From positions 86,554,001 to 86,618,000 of the forward strand of contig NC_045697.1 in NCBI RefSeq assembly GCF_009834535.1: 64,000 nucleotides of DNA. Direction: 5' to 3'. The first letter of the stretch is position 1. Each line of letters opens with the position of its first letter. The notes under the pieces were generated by a model. The model did not search any database. It saw nothing but the letters and a program-made list of their open reading frames with translations, and was not told where the DNA came from. Positions 13,441 through 25,115 of this stretch are shown here, piece after piece. Source of the DNA: Camelus ferus. Its lineage: Eukaryota. The translations under genes were made by a program, and so were the position numbers.

Positions 13441-14139
13441 CTCTCTTTTTCTTTTTCTTTTTATATTTCTTTTTTTATTGAGTTATAGTCATTTTACAAT
13501 GTTAAAATTAGTTTCTTGAGTCATAATTGACATATTAATTCTCTGCTTCAAAGAAACAATGTGCTACTAAGTTTTAAATGTTAAAAATTTCCTATGCCTT
13601 TAAATATTATAGAAATGAGATTACCAAAAAATGACATAAGTATAAATTTTATCTCTGGTACTAACCGTGATAATGCTGTAAAAAGAAAAGGGCAATTTAA
13701 AACAAATCTGTAACTGTTCAAAACTTCTGTGGCTCTATTAGACAAGCTATGAGAAAGCCGTATTTGTACATTGCTTCTAGGAATGTAAACTGGAACAACC
13801 CCCATGGAGGACAATTAGGCAACAGCTGTTAAAATTACAAAGGCATATAATCTCTTACTGAACAATCCCAATGCTGGATATATCCATGTATGTGTGAAAT
13901 AATTATGTAAGAATATTTATTGCAGTACTCTTCATACTAAATGGTTTGAAACAATTCAAACGTCTATCAACAGAAGATAGGTTAAATAAAATATGACAGA
14001 CCCACTTAGGTGGAATAATATGAAACTGTAAGAAAAAAGAATAAGGATGCTCTCTGGTAGTGGACAATAATCAGCTTATTTTGCACATGAAGAAATTGAA
14101 GCTCAGAGGGCCAGGTAACTGACCAAGGTTAATTGTCTT

Positions 14140-15050
14140 CAAGTTTTTAACAGAAGTCTTCTCAGTGAGGTATTCCTTAAATATCCTATCCGAAATTTTA
14201 ACTCCCTTCTCTATAAATGTATGTCTCCTTTCTCTGCTTTATCATTACCTTTTAGCACTTCTCACTAACATTGTATAATTTTATTTATTTATGTTTTCAT
14301 TGTCTCACACTACATTGTGAGCTCCATGGAGGCCAGGATTTTTTTTTTTTTTTCTGTTTGTTCACTGTTGTATCCCCAGGGCCTAAACCAGTGGTGCATG
14401 GTAGACACTCAATGTATTTGTTGCCTACATTAGTGAATGGATGAAAAAGCAAATGAACAGCAATGCCTAAATTAAAACACTGTGCTAACTCTGAAAACTC
14501 ATTACTTGGTCATTATCTAACATTGCCTCTCACATATTCATTTATCTTCACCCACTTCTTTCTCAGATCTAAATAATTTTTATAAACATTCTTTTGAAAG
14601 AAAAATGGAAAATGGCTAACTGGTAGATTACAGGGGCAAGAGTAGGAAGCAGGAAGACCTGTCAGAAGGCTACCACAAAAGTCGCCAAAAGAAAGAATGG
14701 TTGCCTGGACTAGGGTGGTAGTAATGGAAATGGTGAGAAATGAACTTTCAGGACATGTTATAGAAACAGAGTCAAAAGAACCAAATGTAGACTAAGGCTT
14801 GGAAAGAAAGAAGTCAATGATAGTTCCTGGGCATAGTCGGGGTAATTATATTTATTAGATTAGAAATTAAAAAGAACATTTGTTTGTCAGGCCAAAGAAG
14901 CTCCAAACCAAGGCATGTGAACTTCAGGCCCATGTGCCCCCTTGGCTCTGTGTCCTTGTTCACAACCTTACACTATGACCTTGCTCCTGGGTTTTGGGCT
15001 TGAGCAACTGGGTTAATGATGGTGTCATGTATGAGATGAGGATGTCACTA
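14140..15050. mobile_element. L2 fragments (+ strand ~14140-14440, - strand ~14620-15050)
   Basis: Motifs ttgttcactgttgtatccccagggcctaaac...gtagacactcaat and tttgggcttgagcaactgggttaatgatggtgtcat. Confidence 0.65.
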
Positions 15051-18000
15051 TCATTCCATTTCCCATAGCTTTCCTTGCCAAATAATAAGGGCAGTCATGT
15101 CAAGTATGAAGGATGAAAGTTCAACAGCTGCCAAAATGTCCTTCAAGTTATACAGTGTATTTTGGACCATTTGGTATTTAGTTAAATGTATGTCAATATG
15201 TCAAAATCGGAAAGCAAGGATTTAAATCTGGTGTATTTTCATGTATACAGTAGGCAATCAATCATTTGTTAAGAGTGGTATTTATATGGTATCAAATCTG
15301 AGGAAGTTTACTTAATACATAAACAACATTCACATAGCTTTGAAATACAAGATCATTTAAATTACACTGAAATGCCTTAAACACTAAATTACTTAAACTT
15401 TTTATTTTACTGTATAATTCACTGGGAATTTTATGCAGATTATGTGGATTATTGGTCCCAGAGTCTAAGTCAGATAAATCTTAATTAAAATTTATCAGAC
15501 TCTGGCTGTATGAATATTGTAATCACTTAAAAAAAAATAGGGCCCAAAACATTATACTGTATTGCTACAGCCTTCACATGCTAAACTTAACATGCTGATT
15601 GTGGCTGAAACCAAAAAGGAAGGGACAATAGGTATAAATTTACCCAGGTAAAACAGGTCAACTATGGTAACTGTAAAAGCCAGCCTGTAGCAGGGCCAGA
15701 ATCAGGGTAGTTGGTGTGTTATATCATTCTTTTTAAATGTACCCAAGATAAAATCCTAGGAATTTAAGGCTCAAAATCATTCATTTAAAAATATCAGAGA
15801 ACTAAAAGTTTCAGCTTGGAGAGGTAGAGAACTGGTAAAAAGCACTGTGCTCATCATTAGAGTAAAAAAGCTAGACACACTGTAAATTAACAATTTTTCT
15901 TGAACCCATCAGAAAACTGAGGTCACAGTGTAAACAACTAACACGAAATCTGAAGAGAGACAGGCATAAGGATAAATAGGACCTGAGCATTTGCTTACTT
16001 GGGCCACATACTCACAAATGCCATACAAGCTAATAAGATTCAGCCAGTAATTTTTAACTAATTGTTACAGGCTGAGCACAGGCAAGAGTAAGACTGTGAT
16101 GCCCTGGGGGGCCAGACATAGGGGATTTTGTGCCTTCCCACAAGCTTTCTCCCCACAAATCCCACAAGATGCTCACAGGGTAAATCAAGGTGAATCATGA
16201 AAAAGCTTCCCCTATGGTGCTGGCTAGAGACTGGGAAGAACGGCCACCACTGAAACTCAGCCCAGGTCTATATCCTCTATATCTCCTAAGGAATAAAAAT
16301 TTAATCTGCAGAGGAAAGGCAACAAAACTGTTGCCTGAGGCCACTGGTGCAAAGTCACTGAAACTGGAGGAGAATAAAAAGAAAAAAAAAGTTCTACCAC
16401 TAGGAGAACTAGTCCCAACATTACATCTGAAAAAGAGTAGGAACTTCTAAATGAGTATAATACAGTCAGAAACTTGGATCTATATAAAGACATGCAGAGT
16501 GTTGAAAGGGGAGTAAATGAGGATAACAAAAATATCTTTCTTGTTTTTAATTGCTATAAAAGATAATTAACAGTGTAAAGCAAAAACCAGAAAAACTATC
16601 AGTATATTGTGCTTACGGCATATAAAGGAGGAATTGGGACTATAATAAGATAATACTCACATGTTAGATGTTATAGTATCTGAAGGTTGACCTAGTTTAA
16701 AATTACTGTAAATTCTAGGGCAACTACTAAAAAAGTTTTTAAAAGACATAAATATTAAGTCAATAGACAAGATGAAATGGAATCATAAAAATGTACAATT
16801 AAACCCAGAGAAGTCAGGGAAAAAATGGAATAGAAAACAGCTAACCTTAAGATGAAAGATTTTAATCCAACCACATTAATAATCATTTTAAATGTGAATT
16901 GCCTAAATACACCAGTAAAAAACACAAAAGATTATTAGATTGAATAAAAAAGCAAGAACTAATTATATCCTAACAATAATAAATTCACTTTATACATACA
17001 CAGAGACATTGAAAAAAAAAGGATACATATTATGAAAACACTAACCAAAAGAAAACTGAAGTAGATATATTAACTTTAGGCAAAAGAACCTTCACAACAA
17101 GGAATATTATCAGGACAAAGAGGGATGTGACATAAGTGGCCAATTCAGGATGACATAATAATCCTACATGTGTACACACCTAACAACAGAATTTCAAAAT
17201 ACATGAGGCAAAAACTGATAGATACTAAAAGATAAATATATCCACAACCATAGCTGGAGGTATCAACATGCCACTCTGGGTAATTAACAGAACAAGTAGG
17301 AAGAAAATGAATAAGAATACAGATGACCTGAACGACACTAAAAGCCAACCTGACCTAGTTGGTATTTATAAAACACTCTAACCACCAACAGCAGAATATA
17401 GATGCTTTCCAAGTTCAAATAGAACATTCACTTAGCCGTAAGACATACTTAGCCGTAAGACAAACTTTAACAAATCTAAAATAGAAATCATACACAGTAG
17501 GTCTCAAACCATAACAGAATTAAACTAGATATCTGAAAAATGCTTGGAAACTAAACAACACACTTCTAAGTAAGCCAAGGGGCAAAGAAGAAGTCCCAAA
17601 GGAAGTTTTAAACTTTTTAAACTAAATTAAAATGAAAATATAGTGTATCAAAATTTGTGGAATGCAAGTGAAGCAGTGCGTAGAAGGAAATTTATAGAAT
17701 TAATTCATATTAGAAAAGATGATCTGAAATCAGTAAACTAACCTTGGAACTAAAGAAATTAGAGAGAAAGTAACAAATCCAAAGCAAGAAGAAGGAAGGG
17801 CATAATAAATATTAGAGCAGAAATCTATAAAATTTAAACAGGAAAATAAGAGGAAAAAAATCTGTAAAACCAAAAGTTGCTTCTTTGAGAACATCAATAA
17901 AATTGATCAACCTCTAGCCCAGGTAAAGTAGATGCAAGTTACTAATATTAGAAATAAAGGAAAGGATATCACTATCCCACACATATTAAGATAATAATTA

Positions 18001-18635
18001 AAAATTATCTGGCCATAAATTTGACACAATTACACAAAACTTAGATGAAGTGGACTAATCTTGTAAAAGGTGCAAAATACCAAAACTCATCTAAGAAACA
18101 GATAACCTAAATAGTTGTATATTGATTAAAGAAATTGAATTTGTAGTTAAAAACCGTCCAAAAAATTTACTGGAAAATACAAAACAGTCAAGGAAGAAAT
18201 AATAGTAATTCTACTTAATCTTCTTCAGAAAGTAAAAGAATACTGAACACTTCCCAACTGATTCTATGAGGCCAAATTATCCGAATACTGAAACCAAAGA
18301 CATCACAAGGAAAGAACACTATAGCCCAATATTCCTCATGAACACAAAAATCCTCAACAAAATAGTAGCTAATTGAATCCAGCAATATATAAAAAGCATA
18401 ATATGTAACACCAAAATGAAGTTCACCCCAGGAATTCAAGGATGGCTCAGCATTTGAAAATCAATATAACTCACTGTGTTAACAAACTAACTTTTAAAAG
18501 AAGATCTCAATAGATACAGAAAAAGCATTCAACAAAATTCAACATCCATTAATGATTTTTTTAAAAGCTTCACCAAATTAGGAACAGAAAAGACTTTTCT
18601 AAGCTGAAAAACCTATAGCTAATAATCATACTTAA

Positions 18636-20985
18636 CACACTGATTGCCATGTCACCCAAATCTAGGTGACAGTTGTGTTTCCTCAGAGGCCCCATCACCC
18701 AGATATGGGTGACACTTTCCTTCATACAATTATGGAGGTTTTTACAAGTAATTTGCAACAGTTTTCATTTGTAATACAAGTATTTAATAGTAACAACATA
18801 AAAATATATATACAGATAAAAAATTTCTTTTGAACAAAATTATACATTACATTATTTTCTTATGATATTCACTAAAACAATTTATACAAAATTGCAGTGT
18901 TTTTGGACAACTAGGACAATATATTCCTGTCTTTTTTACATCTCTTCTAGTTTTTTGTCATTCCAAAGTTTGCCTGCTTTTCTGATAACAGAGAACACAC
19001 ATTCTTCTTATTTTGCTTTGCAGATTTTTGTGAATTTGTGAATTGCTTCTGCTTTGTCGCTTTGCATATTATTGAATGTAATATTTGGAGACTATAACCA
19101 TTCCTTAACTAAAAGTTCCCTATCTGATATTTTAATCTTTTTATTTGCCTTTGCTGGATATACAGTATGTGCACTTATGACAGAAATACCAATAAGTAGA
19201 TGTAGTGCTAATTTCTGGTACCATTTACTACTTTTTCATAACATCACTGCATATGAAACCATCTGGTCACTTCTATTGATTTCACACGTTCCTTTATTAT
19301 AATCAAGTATGGCTAGTGGCTTCATTTTTGTAAGATTGCGGCGACGAGCAGATGAATTTGAACCAGTACCATAATGGTTGTGTGTTTTGTCGAAAGTATT
19401 CTTATATCCTGAATATCTTTCCATTTCAGGATGACAATTCCATTGTCATCTTCTTGCAAAACCATTTCACCTCTTTTTAGTGGATGGACATAACATCTTT
19501 CAAAATAAACTTATTGTGCCATACAGTCCCAACAACATGAGTTTTCAAACGAAAAATTTCAGGGCCAATTAGTACCTGGTGTAGAAGTTATCTACATACA
19601 AGGTATGTCCTTCATTCAGTAATTTTTCTGCAAGCTCACTGAAAACATTTTGAGCTAATCCAATTTGCCTGACTCCACTATTCTCTCGTCCAGAATATAT
19701 TTTTATTGACCATGTATAACCTTCAGTCGAACATAACTTAAATAATTTTATTCCATATTTGTGTGTCTTATTTGGTATATACTACCTAAACATAAGCTTT
19801 CCCCTGCAAGGAACCATCATCTTATCAATTATGACATCTGGGCCCAGTGAAAAAGTTCTTTGATAATTTTCAGTCTAAGAATTAATCCATCAATTATCAA
19901 CAGTGATATTTTTCCAAATCTATCACTTCTTTCAATAGCTTCATTATTTGCAAAGTGCAAATCTGATAATAAATCAAAATGATCACGAGATATCATGGTA
20001 TGTGGCAATGCGAAATTGTAAAGGGAGTTTTTTGACCAATATTTAGTTATAAATATTGGTTTCTCACTAGACCCATCCAAATCAGAAGAGCAAGGAATTT
20101 TTTAATTTCTTCAGAAGTAGGTTTCCACCTCTTAATTTGACTATATTCCATATTTAGATATTGAAGTAATTTTTGTTCTGCATATGTTTGTCTCCTTTAC
20201 CAAAAGGTTTAGTATTTCACTATCTAAAGATAGTGAAAGAACTTCACCTGAGCTGGTATCACAAGGTAATTCTGTCAGAAGTCCACTTTTTCCTGTAAAT
20301 ATAAACGACTTGTGTCTGCCACTAAACTCTTTCCACTGAGTATTGTCCAGTAACATCATCATCTATTTCTTCCTCTTCTACAACTAATTGTTCTAAAACC
20401 TCCTCAATGTTTTCAACTTCAACATCACCTTTCTCCTCAATCTCTGAGATTGAACTTGACAAAATTTTATTTATGTATCTTCTTCTGACATGGATCACTT
20501 CATCAACACTGCTAGGACTGCTGTCAACTGTATTTTTACATTGTCTGACAGATACTGTAAGGATAAGAAAAATCACAGAATGATACTGAAAGATGCACAG
20601 ACTCTGAGATGCAGAATAAAACTGCTGAGCCAAGTCAAACAGAGCAGGCCAACGAACAGAGTACCATTCTAAACAACCACTTATCTACTGGTTCTACTAG
20701 TCAGATCACACATCATTCTCAAGCTAATGAGTATCAAAATAATGCCACAGCATCCCAGACTATTCTATTACCTGAATTTATTCCGTGCAGAATAATGACA
20801 TTCCAAAAAGAAATAAAATGGTGAAGAGGTCAAAAATTGAAAACAAGAAAAAAAATTTTTAAACAATTCCAATTATACTGGAAAAATAAACAGATTAAGT
20901 ATAAGCACATATATTCACACTGTGGTGAAGTGTGAATTTGGGCCCTGCAGGAAACACACTCAATCCACAGTGGGAGATCAACGTG
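18636..20985 (-). mobile_element. Full-length (2350 bp) fossil piggyBac-superfamily DNA transposon
   Basis: TTAA at 18632-18635 and 20986-20989 duplicates the TTAA of the host L1 ORF2 (catacTTAA...TTAAtgatgaaaga). The left end reads CACACTGATTGCCA and the reverse complement of the right end reads CACGTTGATCTCCCA. Internal inverted repeats lie at 18674-18692 and 20940-20958, and the interior encodes a piggyBac transposase. Confidence 0.95.
18847..20554 (-). pseudogene. Disrupted piggyBac transposase (~550-570 codons; several frameshifts and in-frame stops)
   Basis: Ordered motifs: acidic N-terminus; EILNLLVKETN; WKPTSEEIKKFLALLIWMGLV; YWSKNSLY..ISRDHFDLLSDLHFANN; VIIDKMMVPCRGKLMFR*YIPNKTHKYGIKLFKLC; LYVDNFYT; KPLAILDYNKGTCEINRSDQMVSY; C-terminal CVLC...CPSC...CINCFSEYH. 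Stop TAA at 18849-18847. Confidence 0.93.
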
Positions 20986-21420
20986 TTAATGATGAAAGAA
21001 TAAATTTTTTTCCTTTAAAATTCAGAATAAGGCAAGGATGTCCTGATTCACTGCTCCTCTACAACATCATACTGGAAGTTGTAACCAGTGTTTTTAGGTA
21101 AAATAACCTTCACGTAAACATGTCAAAGTGATTTTTGATAAAGGTGCAAAAGAAATTCAATAGAGGAAAAACAGTTTTCTTGAATGGTGCTGAAACAATT
21201 AAATGTCCATAGGCGCACACACACAAAAAGAAGCCGGACATAAGCTTAACAACTTATACAAAAAAAATTAACTCAACTTCGAAAAATATAAACCTAATAT
21301 AAAACTTAAAATTATAAAATTGTCTAGAAGAAAACATAGGGGAAATGTGTGACCTTGGATTTGGTGATAAGTTTTTACATACAATACCAACAGAATGAAC
21401 CATAAAAGAAAAAATTGACA

Positions 21421-21728
21421 CAGAAATACCTCATTTTATAGAGCTCTCCTTTACTGTACTTCATAGATCCTACTTAGTTTTTTTAACAAATTGAAGGTTT
21501 GTGGCAACCCTGCACTGTCAGGAGATGGTTAGAATTTTTTGACAATAAAGTATTATGCACATTTTTAAAGGCATAGTGCTATTGCACACTTAACAGCCTA
21601 CATTATAGTGCAAATACAACTTTCTCATGTACTGGGAAACAAAAAATTTGTGTGACTCACTTTATTGTGATACTTGCTTTATTTCAGTGATCTGGAACTA
21701 AGCTCACAGTATCTCCAAGGTATGCCTG
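21421..21728. mobile_element. Tigger1-derived MITE (~308 bp) inserted in the host L1 ORF2
   Basis: CAGAAATACCTC...AAGGTATGCCTG|TA terminal inverted repeats; the host L1 reads aaaattga..|..taaatcagact across it. Confidence 0.85.
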
Positions 21729-22200
21729 TAAATCAGACTATCAAAATTAAAAACTTCTCATCTACAAGGACACTATTAAGAGAATACCCAAGCCAGAGAC
21801 TGGGAGAAAATATATGCAAATCACATATCCAATGAAGGGTTTGTATAAAGAATCCATAAATACTCTTCAAACTTAATAAAAACTTAGAAAAGAAAATTTC
21901 CATTTAGAAAATGGGTAAAAGACTTGAACAGATACTTAACTAAGGAAAGTATATGGATGGCAAAGATATACGAAAATATACTCAACATCATTAGACATTA
22001 GGGAAATGCCCATTAAAACTACAATTAGATACCACCTCATATCTACTATAATGGCTAAAATAAAAGTTAAAAAACTAACAAAATACCAAATGCTGGTAAA
22101 AATGCAGTGCAATAGGAATTCTCATTTATTGTTGATGGAAATGAAAAAATGTTATAGTCACTCTAGAAAGTTTTGGCAGTTTCTTCTAAATTTAAATATA

Positions 22201-22350
22201 TACTATGGACTGAATGTTTGTGTCTCCCTAAAATTCATATGTCGATACCTAATTCCCAATGTGATTGTAATTGGAGGTGGGGCCTCTGGGAAGTGATTAA
22301 GTAATAAGCCATCATGAATGGGATTAGTACCCTTATAAAAGAGACTCCAG
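22201..22350 (+). mobile_element. 5' part of an MLT1A/B-type MaLR LTR
   Basis: tactatggactgaatgtttgtgtctccctaaaattcatatgt...ggaggtggggcct...gggattagtacccttataaaagagac. Confidence 0.8.
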
Positions 22351-24240
22351 GGGAGGGTCAAGAGAGCAGAGTAGTAGGACCACGTGCTCACCTCTCCCTG
22401 TGACTACAACAAAACCACAACTGACTGCTAAACAACCATTGGGAAAAAAAAAAAAAGACTGGAACCTAGCAAAAGAGATCTTCTTCAACTGGAAACATAA
22501 AAAGGGAACCACAGTGGGATAGTAGGAGGGGCATGCTCATGATATAATTGGGCCCCATGGCTCCCGAGTGTGTGACCCACAAGCTGAAGAACAATTAAGT
22601 CACAGAGGCCCTCCCATAGGAGTGAGAGTTCTGAGCCGCACATCAGGCTCCCCAGCTTGGGGTTCCAGTATTGGGAGGAGGAGACCCTAGGACATCTGGC
22701 TTTGAAGGTCAGTGGGGCTTAACTCTAGGAGCCCCATGGGACTGGGGGAAATAGAGACTTTCATTCTCTTGGGAAGAGTACACAGAATCTCATACATACC
22801 AGGTCCAAGGGCAGAATCAGTGATTTCATAGGAACCTGGGCCATATCTGCCTGCTAGATTTGGAGGGTTTCCTGGGGAGGTAGGAGAGGGCTGTGGCTCA
22901 CCCTGGGGACATAAAAGCTGGTGGCAGACATTCAGGGAGTGTTCATCTACAAGAGCTTTCCTGGAGGCTGACATCCTGATTGGATCATTAGCACCAAGAC
23001 CTAGCTCCACCCAATAGCCTGCAGGCTTAAGTGAAGGACAAATAACATACTGGGAGGGATTTCAGCCCCACAAACACCTCTAGACATGCCCCTAGACATG
23101 GTCCTACCTATTAGAAGACCAGGACCAAGCTTCACCCAGCAGTGTGGAGGCACTAACTCCTCCTGCCAGGAAACCTGCACAAGCCTCTAATCCAGCCTCA
23201 TCTACCAGCAAGCAGATACTAGAAATAAGAAAACAACAACCCCAAAGTCTGCAGAAGGAATCCATAAACACAGGCCAGACACTACCCAGGGACTGGATGG
23301 ATCCTGGCCCTAGGGTGACAAGAGAGGAGAATAAGGCTGGGACGCATAGGATGTCTCCCACAGAGGGCCACTTCTCCAAGGTCAAGAAATATAACTAACC
23401 TACCTAAAAATACAAATAGAAAGACAGACAATATGAAGTGGCAGAGAAATGTCTTCCAGGCTAAGGCAAGGATAAAATCCCAGAAGAAGAAATAAGTGAT
23501 AAGGAGACAGGCAACCTATCCAAGAAAGAGTTTAGAATAATGATGGAGAAAATGTTCAGAGAACTCAAGAGGAATACAGATCCAGAGCAAAGTTTTTAGC
23601 GAAGAGCTGGAAAATATAAAGAATACACAGAGTTGAAGAATAAAATTACTGAAATGACTAACATACTAGAAGGAACCAAGAATAGACTAAATGAGGCAGA
23701 AGAATGGATAAGTGAGCTAAAAGACAGTGGAAATCACTACTATAGAACAGAAAAAAAAAAAAAAGATGAAAAGAAATTAGGATAGTTTGAAAGAACTCTG
23801 GGATAACATGAAGCCTGCAAACTAATATTTGAAATATAGGGGATCTAGAAAGAGAAGAGAGAGAGAAAGGACCTGAGAAAATTTTTGAAGAGATAATAAC
23901 TGAACACTTCCCTGACTTGGGAAAGGAAAGTCAAGGAAGCTCAGAGTTCCACACAGGATCAACCCAAAAAGGAACATACCAATGCACATAGTAATCAAAT
24001 GAACAAAAATTAAGGATAAGGAGAAAATATTAAAATCAGCAAGAGAAAAGCAACAAATGAGATACAAAGGAGCTTCCAAAAGGTTATCAGTTGATTTTTC
24101 AGCAGAAACTTTATATGCCAGAAGGGAGTGACACAATATATTTAAAGCGATGAAGGGGAAAAGCTTAACAATCTAGAATACTCTACCCAGCAAGGCTCTC
24201 ACTCAGATTGATGAAGAAACCAAAAGCATCACAGATAAAA
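22351..24240 (+). mobile_element. Younger L1 5'UTR plus decayed ORF1, lacking ORF2 and the 3' end
   Basis: L1-type start gggagggtcaagag..., G/C-richer 5'UTR, and ORF1 motifs (INPKRNIPMHIVI, KEKILKSAREKQQMRYKG, LSVDFSAETL) to ~24240. Confidence 0.8.
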
Positions 24241-25115
24241 GCTTGCAAATAATGTGTTTTGATCTGAGTTCTTAAAACAGAACTTGATACAGTTTTAGAT
24301 GCGAAGGGGATGGTAACTATCATAGGCCATCTTAATTACCCAAAATAACTGATTTCTCCTAATTCTCAAAGATCTTTATTTAAAAAATCATCCACTTGGG
24401 TGCAGGTTTGCCATGATAAGGCCTTATGAATTAGTGCTTAATACACATTTGTTGAATAAAAGTAATATTCAAAATGGGATTAGCCAGTCACTAGAAAGTC
24501 ATTTTTATTGTAGTCCACCTGGTATGAGAGAAAGAAGTCACACATAAGCAAGGGGAACTCTAGAATGAATGTTGTGGTGTTGGATTACAGACAAAGATAA
24601 AGGTACAAACACATCTTTATGTATAGATACCAAAATACAAATGTGTCTGTATATATGAGTTAGTATTTATTAGCTCTGTTCTCTGTGCAGGCACGGAAGC
24701 AATGACACTTCAATAGCAACAAGTACCACTAGCTCCAAGATCTTAGCTTCTCTTTACGATTATCCAATGAAAAATAACCAGGGTTTCCTGAAGAAATGGC
24801 CAATTTTAGGTCTGGGGCATGAAAAATACAAGCAACTTATAGTGCCAGAAAGTAAGGAAATACTTTTTTTTTAATGGGGAGATGTCAAAAGGGCACAGGA
24901 GTCAACATGAAAGAGCTGCCGAAGCTGGGACATCAGAGCAACAAAATAGTAACAGTACTGGATTATACCCATATAATATTTAAAAATGACTCCAAACTGG
25001 TGTAAATGACTGAATATACATAAGGGAAGGGGACAATTTTTTCTTATAAATATTACAAATAATAAATGTAGAAGGAATGAGGGAAATAGAAAATCACCAT
25101 TAGAACATCATAGTA

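Noticed and set aside
17430..17462. Perfect 16-bp direct repeat ACTTAGCCGTAAGACA separated by one base
   Set aside because: A local micro-duplication within the decayed L1; no insertion between the copies and no evident function.
18847..20554. Transposase as a functional domesticated PGBD gene or in-frame fusion protein
   Set aside because: Multiple stops and frameshifts, apparent loss of the third Asp, and the candidate upstream donors are out of phase.
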